This document shows positions 1-11,700 of a DNA stretch of 64,000 bases, in pieces. Source of the DNA: Lepidodermella squamata (lineage: Eukaryota > Animalia > Gastrotricha); the NCBI GenBank assembly GCA_047495785.1, contig JBLDXI010000036.1, positions 372,001 to 436,000 of the forward strand, written 5' to 3'. The notes beneath the pieces were generated by a model that had not been told where the DNA came from, did not search any database, and saw nothing but the letters and a program-made list of their open reading frames with translations. Position numbers and translations under genes: made by a program. Every line of letters starts with the position of its first letter. Position 1 is the first letter of the stretch.

Positions 1-677
1 CGATTTCGATAAATTGGCTGTTGATAATGTGAAATTGCCTACTCGGAAGTTATCGAGGCAAAGCCTTTTTATGAAAAGTTGATTTCTGGCCAAATAAATA
101 GCCTCCATGCTTATACATCAGAGTTGTCCACGGGCCAGGCTGGGTGGGCTGGGTACGGGTCGGGTTTTGAGATCAAGGCGGGGCACTGGGCCTCGCCAGG
201 TACAGTGGCGTATGTCACTGCAAACAGTCCCCTCCGAGGGAGGGCTGTGAGATAGGGGCCACAACATCGGGCTCCGGAGGACTATCACTCACTTGGAGCA
301 ATGTATCCCAAATAGGACCTGTCGGCTAGCAGGTCATAGCACTGGTATTAGGCAACTGAATAAGCCTCGGCCTCATGCGAGGTCTGCAGGGTAACTAAAC
401 GTCAAGCGAGCCCACCACGTCTCCAGGGAAAGGCCTCTATGAGGTCTCAAACCAGAGGTCAGTGGCCAGTGGCCCCTTTGAGTCTCCTTCCCGCGAGGAC
501 GAAAAAAGGAAGACTGAGAAAAATGAGCGGTCCTGCGGTATTTATGCAGGCAGAGCGTGCGGGTTGTGCTTGCTCGTGGTCGCAAAACAACATTAAACCT
601 GTTGAATATCGGGGGACACTACAAAGACCTTGGTCGCAAATGACTTGCTGGTTCATACTTGCTGGCTCATTAACGTT

Positions 678-953
678 TTCTGTTTGATTGTTGCAATAAA
701 AGTGTTTCTCTTATAGCTTTGTCTCGTTTCCTAATTAAAATGCGATTTTTTTAATTTTGCTGCGAAAAAAGTTGGTTTTTCTTCGGAAAAGAGGCCTTCT
801 GAGGAAACGTATAATTTCTGTTTGATTGTTGCAATAAAAGTGTTTCTCTTATAGCTTTGTCTCGTTTCCTAATTAAAATGCGATTTTTTTAATTTTGCTG
901 CGAAAAAAGTTGGTTTCTCTTCGGAAAAGAGGCCTTCTGAGGAAACGTATAAT
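678..953. repeat. Local 138-bp tandem duplication (2 copies)
   Basis: ttctgtttgattgttgcaataaaag...aaacgtataatt occurs at 678 and 816; single copy in the paralog near 45047. Confidence 0.9.
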
Positions 954-1101
954 TCATGAGTTTCCATGAGTTTTTTTATTAATTCAGCTTGGTATAAAAA
1001 AGCATTATTCAATGTTAAGCCTTAATTCTGCAAAGACATTTCGACGCTGAAAATGAATGATGAATTTTCTATTCATTCATAATTCGAAATTCACGATAGT
1101 A

Positions 1102-2452
1102 CCGTCATCTGGGGCAAAATGAACCTTTGGGGCTAATTAGCCAAAAATTTAGCTTTTCACATTTTTATTGCTAACTCAAAAACTGCAATGTAAAACTTCA
1201 CACAAGTTTACGGGGACGATTGTCAGCAAGCCTCCTGCAAGCCTGCAAATTTCCAGCCACGTATGTCCCGAAATGAGGTCACGGCATGTTGTTTCACAGA
1301 GGTGATTTTAGGGAGGTAAAAATGACCCCTCTAAATTGAATTACCTGGAGCCAATCTCGAGGTTTGATGATCAGATGAAATTTTTTCCTTCGACCATTTT
1401 CGTCGTGAAAAACCGCGACCCCAGGCAATGCACAGGTGCACAAACTCAGTGCTTTGGATTGGATTGGATTTAATTCAATTTGATTTGATTTAGACCCTAT
1501 TTTCACTGATTTAGATTTAAAATGATTGATTTACGCGGGTTAAGCTGTTTGATTTGATTTATTTTGATTTAGCCTCGGTGATGCAATCGAAAAACTTGAT
1601 ATCGCGAAACCAAAATCTCTCCTCCTTTTTGATGAAAATGTGCTATGGAAAGGGACGGTAATTTCAAATTCGCGTTATTTTATTCATTTCTTGAAACTTC
1701 GAAGCCCCCAGCTTACTGAAAATCCCGATGTTTCGCGATTTATTGTGATTTATGGTTGTCGATGATTTGATTTGATTGATTTAGTCCTGGAAAATTGGGA
1801 CAACGATTGATTTTGATTGATCGAAGAAGGTCCGTGATTTAAGCCGTAAATCAAATCAAATCAAATCAAATCCAAAGCTCTGGTATGGCTAGATGATTGT
1901 GGCCAAATTACCCCATTGAAAACTCAATGATGGGGGCTAATTGGCCACCCTTATCCTTATAATGGGTTTGTAATATTTACTGATTGTGAGGGTTGAATGG
2001 TCGAGTGGTTGTAATGATGTGTCATCAAAACTTATGTGATCTGATGAGCGACGGTTCGATTCCTCATAAAATAACATTTTTTGCGTCGCTTCTAAATGTT
2101 TATATTGTTTTTTTTTATTTTACATTTTAATTTGGCTCCAATTTACGGTAATTCTTCATCACACTTCCTAGGAATATTTCTTTTCCGATGTTTGCCACAA
2201 AGTTTCGAGACCAGGACACACTATCTTGGATCTAGCCTATGATGACACATCATTACAACCACTCGACACTCGACCATTCAACCCTCACAATCATCAAATA
2301 TTGAAAACCCATTATAAGGATAACGGTGGCCAATTAGCCCCAAACCTGGGGCAAATTGAGCTTCCTATAAAATCGGAATCAGGACCCTCTGAAACGTGTA
2401 AAAATGCGAAAAAACAGGGGGTAATTTTTTTCCCGCGCCCATTTTGCCCTAA
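1102..2452. mobile_element. TA-flanked Tc1/mariner-pogo-type MITE (right tip eroded) with internal inverted repeat
   Basis: Starts TA|CCGTCATCTGGGGCAAAATG; intact paralog 45334-46287 ends CATTTTGCCCTAATTTACGG|TA; internal IR about 1940-2030 vs 2240-2335. Confidence 0.7.
1447..1882. mobile_element. MITE with CAG(T/A)GCTTTGGATT TIRs and (GATTT)n subterminal repeats, nested in the previous MITE
   Basis: CAGTGCTTTGGATT...AATCCAAAGCTCTG; absent from the paralog at about 45677; no clean TSD. Confidence 0.7.
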
Positions 2453-3293
2453 GTTTTGTTAAGCTATCTCTCCCTTGTCATGCTGTAATAAAGCACCGTT
2501 TTCTAAAGCCAAACATGACGGTCGAAACCGCTGGATACCTCTTAGTCATCAACTTTTTGAATAATAACTGAAACTGCCTGCTTAATGCATAACAACCTAA
2601 TTTAAACGATGCAAAGTGCCATGCCAACCTACGAATACAAATTACCATTACGAATGCGTTGTTGTTCCGTGTTCGCAGTATCTTTCTGTGTTAGCTGTGT
2701 TACCCGCAATCAAGATGTGACTACTCAGCACGCAAAAAGCCTAGGGACCATGGTTCTACCATTAATCATGGGAATAGTTTACTCATAAGCCTTGTGATGA
2801 TATCTGATACCAAATGCGAACAAATTTCGAAAGGCGACTTGCATAAATAAAGAGAATAAGTAGAGAGTATGAGTGAGCCTCGTGAGCCTGATGACCTGAA
2901 GAATCTAAAAATCCCAGTGTCATAGCACCCACACCTGGGAAGCAGGTGAAACGCAAATGGTCGGATCCACTGAAAAAATGAATGTGATGGGAAAATGCAG
3001 CAAACGGCCTTGTTATTATTGCTAAATACCCATTTATTGCCTCACTCACAAAAATCGTATTTTTGGCCTCGCTCAGATGAATTTTGTATGTGTTTGCCAA
3101 GAAGTGTCGAGTCTATACTGCTATTAGTCCCAAGACTGCGGTCAGCGATTAAGAAACTTCGGAAATTACAAAACAAACCTCCAACTTTCATCGCAATAAT
3201 TTTTATTGTGGAACCTCATATCACTAGTTGCAAGCGTGCTGCTCTCTCTTCATCTCACCCAGCAGCAATTTTTCAAGCGCATGTGACTCCAGC

Positions 3294-3614
3294 CTAACGC
3301 CGACCACAAGCTCGAGGAACGCAGGGCATAAACCTATTATGCTCGATCGCTTCGTACCGCGCTGCTTCCGCCGGCTGCGCTTCCTCGCGGCCGGTTGCTC
3401 TGGCGCACATCAGGCCGCCGTGACCGTTTTTTACCAGCACACCCGGAGCGCCCCTGCCAAGTACGCAGTGGTCTCCTTCCTTTCTTTCTGCGACTGCCAT
3501 GAGAGTTACAGCGGCCTATGTGGAAATGAAATATCAGGCTATTACAAAGGCTATACATGACGTGAATCCGCTTCTCACCAAAATGAGGATCACCAATGCA
3601 AGCTTAGTTGCCAT
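3294..3614 (-). CDS. Secreted Cys-loop peptide precursor, copy A (85 aa, exons 3614-3579 and 3515-3294)
   Basis: MATKLALVILIL|gtgaga...tttccacatag|AAVTLMAVA-ERKEGDHCVLGRGAPGVLVKNGHGGLMCARATGREEAQPAEAARYEAIEHNRFMPCVPRACGRR*; phase-0 63-nt intron; minus-strand AATAAA near 3202. Confidence 0.75.
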
Positions 3615-4018
3615 GAGTAGTTGACAGTTAGAAGAAAATATTTCGACTTTATCTTGAAGATAGAAACTTGAATAATGAGCAGAGCAGAGCTGGGCTGCTT
3701 CATTAGCACTTTGCAAGTCATTCGCTATCTACGTCAGCATTTGGTAAAATATTCATTTTGGCTTGATAAATAAGATATCTGAGCGCACACTGCGGCTGAT
3801 TCAACAAATTTAAAGAAATTTTTAAGCTATCAAACAATGATGGAAATAGACAGAAGTGTCGGTAACGAGGTCTTAATTGCCAAGTGCGTTTTTCTACATT
3901 TTACAGGAGGCGGAAAGAATATGATTATTAAATTTTAAAATGACTAATTTTCACATATATCTTCGCGTTATCAGCACGATCAGTATATCTCCCGGGTGAC
4001 TTCCCAATCACTGATAAG

Positions 4019-4810
4019 CAGCTTTTGAATCTGATAGCATTTGCGGTTGACGGCACCTTAATTGGTATGAGCCACGAGGAGATTAAATCATTACTTGATG
4101 TCTTCAACAAGGCCTGCCAAGAGCTTGGTCTGAAAATTAGTGTTAGCAAAACCCAGTATATGGTTATCGGTGAGGATAAAAATTATCAACTGGAACTAGA
4201 TTGGGAAAATTATTGGGGAAAGTTACGTCGTTTAAATATTTAGGTAGCATCATCACATCAGACAGTAAAATGGACGAAGAAATCAAAACTCGTCCAGCGA
4301 AAACTGGCTGTTTTGGTACTTTCAACAAGTTGATGTGCAGCAGAAAACATTTTAGCCTAGCCACGAAATGGAAAGTTTTAAAATGTGTGGTAATTACGCC
4401 TGTGAAACCTGGAACCTAACTACTGCGCAGGAACAAAGGCTTAGAACCATTATGGGCTTTTTCCGAACAGATTATATCCCTAGTGAAAAAAATCCTTATT
4501 GCACCTCTAAAATACCCTATTATACACTATAATAGCACCAAAATACCTAAAAAGTCAGGATTTTTTTCACTAGGGATACATCGATATTAGGTTGATATGT
4601 GATGTTTTAGAATTTGATGTTTTAGAATTAAGTAAAATAATTGAAAAAAATCGTTTGAAACATTTCGGCCACATTATTCGCCAAGATGAGTATGATGCTG
4701 AAAGTCTCACGAATGCTATGTATTATTGGAAAGCGGTCGACCCGAGTTGGTGTTTGCCTCGCCGTGGTAAGCCGCCAACCCGATGGACTGCCAATTTTAC
4801 CATATGAAAG
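4019..4810 (+). mobile_element. Degenerate 3' fragment of an RTE-type non-LTR retrotransposon (RT C-terminal part)
   Basis: FAVD (FADD in paralog), GLKISVSKT, FKYLGSII, RLKHFGHIIR, RRGKPPTRW; frameshifts. Confidence 0.8.
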
Positions 4811-5156
4811 TGGCTCAACTCATTGCAGTATTCTGAATTGCCCGGCATATCTTTTCAGCACAATAATCGATATAAGTAATGATTGAAACAAATGGGGCTA
4901 CATTTGAGTAGATCCAATGACATTGAATGACTCGGAAAAATCTTACAAAAAGGCTGATTCAAAAATCCTTGACAGTTTTCTACCCAAATAATTTACTTTT
5001 TATAACTGCTGATAACAACTTCTCACTGTCGTAGCATTTACTTTTATTGTAACCTTACACCTCACACCAATTGTTGACTTGACAATGTAAGCGGGCTGCT
5101 GCTCTCTCCTCGTATCACCCATCAGCCTTTCCGAATTGCATGCATGCGACTCCAGC

Positions 5157-5351
5157 CTAATGCTGACTGCATGATTTTCTTCCATTTTGACTTCTAACAA
5201 TGCCACGCTTGCCGTCCTTCCTAACACACAATTCCCCATCTTGTACCGCTTCGGTCGGTTCAGCTTCCTCGCGGCCGGGTGATCCGCGGCAGATCAGAGA
5301 GAGTTAGAGCTTTTCACCAGTTTACCCTTAACATTCCCATACAATAGGCAT
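5157..5351 (-). pseudogene. Cys-loop peptide precursor copy B, 5'-truncated by the LTR element
   Basis: CLLYGNVKGKLVKSSN/(frameshift)/LICRGSPGREEAEPTEAVQDGELCVRKDGKRGIVRSQNGRKSCSQH*. Confidence 0.7.
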
Positions 5352-5546
5352 TGTGCTATGCGGACGCGCGACACGCAAGTCGAGCGCGATTGGTCCGCAT
5401 ACCAACCAATAAGCGGCCTGCGTGCCGCAGTATAAATACTGAAACACAATAACAATAAAATGAGGAGTTTTGGATCATTTCTGCCTGACTGTTATTTACT
5501 CTTTATATCGAACCCGTGTGGTATCCGTACCGTGCCGGATATTACA
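5352..5546 (+). repeat. 5' LTR (195 bp)
   Basis: TGTGCTATG...ATTACA; TATAAA at 5431 and AATAAA at 5454; one T/C difference seen versus the 3' LTR. Confidence 0.95.
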
Positions 5547-5553
5547 CTAATTT

Positions 5554-5568
5554 TGGTGTCAGAAGTGG
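5554..5568 (+). promoter_or_regulatory. Primer-binding site, tRNA-Leu type
   Basis: TGGTGTCAGAAGTGG, complementary to the 3' end of tRNA-Leu(CAA), 7 nt after the LTR. Confidence 0.85.
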
Positions 5569-5622
5569 TTTTTCGTTGCTTTTACCGCCACATCACACTA
5601 ATTTTCTCGTTTTTACGGCCTA

Positions 5623-7107
5623 ATGGCATCCGGCTCCTCCGGCCCTGCTGGGTCTGCTCTGTCTGGTGGTGTTCCCGGTTTTGGCGTGGCCACGAGCGCC
5701 GCGCCTGGCCGTCCCGCGCCGCCGGCGCCTACTACTGCGGCCGCCGCCTTCGCCATGCCTATCGAGCTGGCGCTCGTGCGTGTCGGCCAGATTTCTGGCG
5801 ATTCCTACGACGAGTTCGTTTCGTCCTGGGGTCGTTTTGCTAAAGTCGCGCCTTACATTTGCGACACTGATAATCACTTACACCCGTTACAACATGTCCT
5901 CCACATGCTGCCCTTGTTTCTGTCGAACAAACTTGAGCGGGTGTGGGCGACTATTGACTATTCTGGTTTTACTACTTTTGATGAGGCGCGGAAGGCGCTT
6001 CTCGCCGCGTCTGGCCTTGCGCCGGACACCGTGTTAGCCTCAATGCAGTTTTATTCTCGCCCTCAATACCCTGGCGAGACCGTTCGCCAGTATTATGACG
6101 TTATTCGCCGTTTGTGGATTGATTCCGGGCGTGGCGAACCCGAGAACACTAGCAAGGACCTTGTTAATCGGGTCTATTTCGGCATTTTGCCTGCTATTCG
6201 TGAGCGTATGGCTATGCTTGGCGTACCTCAAACGTGCGAGGAGTTATTGCGCCTCGCCGAGGTCGCGGATACCTCGATCCGCGTCGGCCCTGCCGGCGCC
6301 CAGGCCCTGCTTCCGGCCGGATTCGGCCATGTCTCTTACACTCCCTCGTATCCCCAGCCTTATGCTCAGCCGTCATTCGGCCTTAACCATGCCGGTTTTC
6401 CCATCGGCCTGCCTGGCGCCGCGCCGCCGCCGGTCACCCACGTGACGGCGACTTCGTTAGGTACACCTCTATATGTGCCGCCGGCCCCGGTTGCGCTCGC
6501 CCCACACTACGCGCCAGGCGCGGCCGCCTCGTTGGCACCCCCGGCGCCTGCGCCCGCCGCTGCGACGCCGCCTACTGCTGCCGCCGTCGTTAAGGCCGAG
6601 CCGACCGAGACGGCGCTGATTCAAGCTGTCAACGCGCTGACCGCGCATGTCCAGGAGCTTGGTCGTAACAAGCCGAGCTACGGCGACAAGGGCCGTGGTA
6701 ATTACAACAACCGGTCCGCCTACCGCAGCCGCGATAACGGTAATAATAATAACCACACTTCTAATAATGATAATCGGCGTGGTGGTTCGCGCCCGTCCTG
6801 CTATTATTGCTCGAAGCCCGGCCATGTCGAGGCCGAGTGCCGTTCCAAGATGCGCGACTTGGACAACAGCGCGACGCCCGTACCGCTACAACAGCGGGAC
6901 GATCGCCGTCCTCGCACCCCTGTTTGCGATAAATGCCGCCGCCCTGGTCATTACGCCGATCAGTGTCGCTCTCGCGATGACTACCGTTCTAGTCACTCGC
7001 CCTATCATCAGCGCGGCATGCGCCGTACTCCGTCGCGCGATCGTGATTATCAGCCGCGTTTGTCTTATGACGCGCGTGAACAGCGTGGCGATCATTTAAA
7101 CTATTAA
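5623..7107 (+). CDS. gag: Gag (494 aa) with two CCHC zinc knuckles
   Basis: Q..GETVRQY capsid/retrotrans_gag-like motif; CYYCSKPGHVEAEC and CDKCRRPGHYADQC. Confidence 0.92.
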   Translation: MASGSSGPAGSALSGGVPGFGVATSAAPGRPAPPAPTTAAAAFAMPIELALVRVGQISGDSYDEFVSSWGRFAKVAPYICDTDNHLHPLQHVLHMLPLFLSNKLERVWATIDYSGFTTFDEARKALLAASGLAPDTVLASMQFYSRPQYPGETVRQYYDVIRRLWIDSGRGEPENTSKDLVNRVYFGILPAIRERMAMLGVPQTCEELLRLAEVADTSIRVGPAGAQALLPAGFGHVSYTPSYPQPYAQPSFGLNHAGFPIGLPGAAPPPVTHVTATSLGTPLYVPPAPVALAPHYAPGAAASLAPPAPAPAAATPPTAAAVVKAEPTETALIQAVNALTAHVQELGRNKPSYGDKGRGNYNNRSAYRSRDNGNNNNHTSNNDNRRGGSRPSCYYCSKPGHVEAECRSKMRDLDNSATPVPLQQRDDRRPRTPVCDKCRRPGHYADQCRSRDDYRSSHSPYHQRGMRRTPSRDRDYQPRLSYDAREQRGDHLNY

Positions 7108-7158
7108 GGAGGCCGTCCGATGGGACCGGACACGCCTCCGCCGATGCCACCTGTCCCG
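7095..7158 (+). promoter_or_regulatory. -1 programmed ribosomal frameshift signal (slippery heptamer plus pseudoknot)
   Basis: T_TTA_AAC in gag phase; -1 frame is open into pol; stems GGAGGC/GCCTCC and GTCCG/CGGAC; loop GGGAC pairs with GTCCC 7153-7157. Confidence 0.85.
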
Positions 7159-8523
7159 CTATTATTTCATCTGTCACTACTTTACCGTCTTCTTCTTGTT
7201 CACACGCTCCGAGCGGCCTCGTCGCTCATATGGATTTAGTTGACGTCGCTGAAAATGATAGTTGCTCACTTCGGCATGTTGCCATGCTTCTCGATTCCGG
7301 TGCGACTCATAGTTGCATCGATGCCCGCTTTCTTTACCCTGGTATTCGCCTTGAGCCCGCTAAAGCCAACGGGCCTGATAACCAGCCCTTGCAAGTTTTG
7401 GGCAAGGCGACTATCCCGATACGCTTCGGTAGACACGAATTTTTACACCAGTTTTATTTCATTCGGAATTTGCATGCCGACGGCTTGTTAGGTCACGATT
7501 TTACGTACAAGTTCGCCGACAGTATAAGCAATTCTCGTAATGTTATTTTTCTGCGTGATGACGCGGGTTCTATTCCGTTACACGCCGCGCCGTATTCACC
7601 GTACGCCATAAACGCAGTCACGCATCCGGATTTGCGTGCAGCGTCTTTGGATGATGTAGTTCTTCCGCCGGGTAAGCCCATCCGCGTCCGTGCACGCATT
7701 ACGGGTCATGGTCTTACGGGAAAAACCGTCGTTAGTGATAACTTACATGACGAGCCTAGCGACACGCAAAATCATGAGCGCGACTTCGTCGTCTCACGCT
7801 CACTTTCCAAGGTAGATGATGAGGGTCGTATTTGGGTCGAGTTACTCAACCCCGGGCGATCACCTGTGAAAATCTATAAAGGCCAAAAAGTCGCCGCCTT
7901 TCTCGTCGAGGGTGTCCACATAGACATAATAGGCGCTGATCGTAACCGCCAGTCATCCAAACGGCCGTCGCCGCCGCCGGCCGACGCCCGCGATGACTGG
8001 GAGCCCGATGTCGACTTGGAAAAGTCGGATCTATCCACTGATGAACGCCGTAGAATGCGTAGTTTGTTGAGCGAATTCAAGGATTGTTTCGCGCGCCATA
8101 GGCTGGATATCGGCCTGTGCGATGCCCTTGAGTTCAAGGTCAAGGTCGAAGGCCCGCCGTTCATTCAGCCGCTTCGGCGTCAGTCACATCATGAGAGGGA
8201 AATGGTTGAGAAAGAAATACAAGACTGGGTTAAACACGGCATTGCTGAGCCGGCCGCTACGCCGTATAGTAGCTGCCTCCTTGCCCTGAGGAAAAAGGAT
8301 GGTTCACTGCGCCTAGCCCATGATTTTCGCCGCCTAAATAGCATGACTGTCAATGACGGCTCACACCCAATACCGCAAATTTGGAGCCAGTTTGATTTAT
8401 TGTCGAAAGCACGCATTTTCTCAGCTATTGATATAAATCAGGCTTATTTTCACATGAAAGTGTCCGAAGATTCAAAGCAATATTTAGGGTTCCGATCATC
8501 CCAAGGGTCCTGGACCATGAATA
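7095..8523 (+). CDS. pol: Pol N-terminal part: aspartic protease, dUTPase-like segment, start of RT
   Basis: LLDSGATHS, LLGHDF, KKDGSLRLAHDFRRLN, IDINQAYFHM; interrupted by a MITE at 8524. Confidence 0.9.
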
Positions 8524-8738
8524 CATCTTAGGCCAGCTATGCGGAGTCAAAGTCCAACTACTTGTTGCTTTGATGGTCGATATGATAGCGTCTATAGCAC
8601 TAGCCAGCACGCGATTCTTTCGATTGATTAATTTAGTATGAAAAAAAAATCTCACCCACCAACCCCACCAGCCCCACTACCACGACAGACCCAGCAACAA
8701 GTAGTTGGACTTTGACACTGCATATCCAGACTATAATG
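8524..8738. mobile_element. 215-bp MITE inserted in RT (TA target duplication)
   Basis: TA|CATCTTAGGCC...GTCAAAGTCCAACTACTTGTTGCT / AGCAACAAGTAGTTGGACTTTGAC...ATG|TA; removal restores GSWTMNRMPFG in frame. Confidence 0.88.
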
Positions 8739-8739
8739 T

Positions 8740-11700
8740 AGAATGCCTTTCGGTGCTCAGACCGCCCCGGCCTATTGGAACCGTCTGCTCACGTTCTGCA
8801 TGACTGGTTTACTGGGCCGCATCGTCGCCACTTATTTCGACGATATTCTAGTTTTCAGCCCGAATAAAGAACAACATTTTCATGATCTCCGCGTCGTGCT
8901 TGAGCGCATGCGTAAAATGAACTTGAAAATTAAGGGTTCGAAATGCCAACTTTTTCGTCGCTCCATCACCTATCTTGGCCACACTATTAGCCAGGATGGT
9001 TTATCTATCTTTCGGGACCGAGTTTCGAAGGTCCAGAATTTTCCCGTCCCGACGACGGTTAGCGAACTTCGAGCTTTTACCTCGTTAGCCGGATATTATC
9101 GGCGGTTTATCAAGAATTTTGCGATGATCGCAGCTCCGTTATACGAGCTACAACGTAAGAACAACTTTCACTGGAGTAAGGATGCCGAGAACGCTTTTAA
9201 TGAGCTCAAAAAGGCGTTGATCTCGCCGCCTTGTTTGGCCTTTCCTCAGTTTGACAAGAAATTTATTTTATCGACTGATGCGTCGGGGTCCGGTCTCGGC
9301 TACGTTCTTGAACAAGACCAGGACGACGGTACCCGGCGCCCAGTCGCTTTCGGTTCTCGAAATCTGACTAAGGCCGAGCGCAATTATTCTAGTTGTGAAC
9401 GTGAGGTTCTTGCCGTCCTGTACGGGCTGAAGCAGATTAAGCCTTACATCTCGCCGGGTTTGAATTCGATTACCACCGACGTCATTACTGACGCCGCTGC
9501 TCTTCGTACTTTGAACACCTGGAAGGACACCGGAGGTCGGTTGTCCAACTACCTGATGATCCTACAACAATATCCGCTGAATATAATAACGCGCCGAGGT
9601 TCAACTCATGCGAATGCCGATGCGATGTCGCGTATGCCTGATCGAGCTACGCCACTCCCGGCCAGCATCAACGCTATGACGTCCGATCTTACTTTCGATG
9701 ACGACGTTGTTGTCGACGAGAACGCGTACCACGAGGGCGACCCGTTCCGCTCCCTCACGCCGTGTGGCGTTAACTTGACTCGCGATGTTTTGATTTCGGC
9801 GCAAGCCGCCGATCGTCGTTGTCGCTCCAAGAAACGCCGCCTTCGTCACAATCAAAAGCAGCGTAGCAAGTATTTCATAGCGCCTGATGGCTTGTTGTGT
9901 CGCTACTACCCTGCCTCTGAATCGGGTTACCAGATCGTCGTACCTGAGAATCTCATCGTCACCGTGCTTCACGCTATGCATGACGAGAAATGTCATTTCG
10001 GCGTTGAACGCACCCTATCCACCTTAAAAGATCGATTCTATTTCCGCAATTACGAGGAAATTACTGCTGAATACGTCAAATCATGCGCGGTGTGCCAAAT
10101 TCGTGATCACCCTGTAAAACATCCACATGCTCCGATGGAGCCCATCCTCTCGCATGACGTGAATGAGCTTCTCACCTGGGACGTAGCGGGTCCATACCCT
10201 ACGTCTCGTCATGGAATGCGCTATATTCTCATCATTTCTGATCATTTCAGTGGCTTCACGCTGTGGGAGCCCATTCCGGATATTAAGTCCGAAACCGTGA
10301 TTGAGAAATTGCTCGACTGGATCTACATTTTCGGTAGCCCGCGTGCTTTGCTCAATGACAACGCCCGCTACTTCATCTCCAAGCTCATCGAGGACGTGAC
10401 TGATGCGTTTGCGATTCGTCGTATTAAAAGCTCCGCCTATCACCAGCAGACTAACGGCCATTGCGAACACTTGAATTTAGTCATGAATAACTGCATTGCG
10501 AAATACGTCGTGCCCGGCCAGCACCTCGACTGGTGCCGCTTCGTCAAGGCCTGCTGCTCCGGCTACAATTCGTCTCACCATTCGACTCATCGCCACCCAC
10601 CAGCATATCTTATGCTAGGTCACATGCCCAAGTTGGCTATGGACTGGCAGTGCTCCGCCGAGAAGCCTGCGTCCCAGCCCAAGACTCAGAACGAGTTACG
10701 TGAAAATCATGCCTACGGCTTGTATGACAAACTCCGTCGCGCTTTCGACGACGTTCGAACTCGTTTCCAACTCGCGCGTGCTCGTGAGAAAGAGCGCTAT
10801 GATCGCAGTTCAGGAAATTGCGAGCCGTTCGATATCGGTGATCTTGTCTACCTCCACGTGCCAAGTAACCGGCCCGATGTGATACCGAAATTCGCATCTC
10901 GCTACAAGGGCCCGTATTCCGTCGTGGCTCGAGTTTCGCCCGTTACTTACGCTATTCGCTTCTTTGACCTGTCCGGTCGTGATATCCTTGCCCATCGCAA
11001 CCGCCTCAAGTTGGCCTGGTTGCGCGACTTCCCCACGGCTGATCGCTATTCGCAAGCGCAACAGTCGGCCCGTTCGTCGGCGAAGAGCGCTACAAAGTTG
11101 GCTGCGCCGCCCGGCGCTGCGGCGCCTGCGTCGACTGCGCCGCGACCGCCCGCCGCCGCTGCGTCGCCGTTACCTGATCTTCGCCAGACGCTTAGCCGCC
11201 AGGTTGTTCATGAGCCAACCCGTAACAACAATTTCACGACGGGTGGGTACATACTCCGTAGTTCGAAAAGGCCGACCTCGGCCAGTTCGGGCACTACAAC
11301 GGCGACTTCTACAAGTACAACACCGACTACAACGACCGCAAGTACAACGCCGTCAACCGCGACGTCGCCGACTACGACGCCAACAACGCCACCGGTACCG
11401 CGACGACGTACCCCAAGCACGTCAGAGTTGCCTGAAACACCGCCCAGAATGCCGTCACCGCCAATAATAACTGGGCCAGCACCGTCTACCTCAGACGAAG
11501 ATAATCGCCATTCATCCATGTCAGCACCGTCAAACATCGACCATTTCAGTCCAATAATAACGTCAACACCAGCCCACAAATTTCGAATGCAAAACACTGG
11601 CCATTTGACAGCATCGCCAGGATTCCACCGACGACCAACACCATTCCAGTTCGGCATGGACTTGGTTAGCCTTGTACCACCTGTCCAACCGCAATCGGTG

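Larger units (their letters stand above)
541..5351. repeat. Segmental duplication copy 1 (paralog of about 44911-55958)
   Basis: Colinear near-identity starts at tttatgcaggcagagcg (541 vs 44911) and runs through the MITE, peptide gene A, RTE fragment and peptide gene B up to the LTR. Confidence 0.9.

Noticed and set aside
1-540. Window-start segment, and similarly 62330-62960, as possible genes
   Set aside because: No convincing ORF, motif or second copy in the window; left unassigned
1990-2066. tRNA- or SINE-like motifs (TGGTCGAGTGGT...GGTTCGATTCC)
   Set aside because: Box A/B-like words are present, but I could not build a cloverleaf and they lie within a MITE inverted repeat; at most a decayed tRNA-derived piece (check with tRNAscan-SE)
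3224-3357. Alternative third exon (GTACGA..TTAG intron giving RLESHALEKLLLGEMKREQHACN)
   Set aside because: Phase fits, but the acceptor lacks a pyrimidine tract and the same interval encodes a clear second Cys-loop ending at the same stop position in copies B and E; treated as 3'UTR, though not excluded
8524-8741. MITE in RT acting as a spliceable intron
   Set aside because: An AG is present at the 3' end, but no GT/GC donor sits at a position that would restore the RT sequence
5460-11657. Overlapping and antisense ORFs within the LTR, gag and pol
   Set aside because: Shadow frames of GC-rich coding sequence with no motifs
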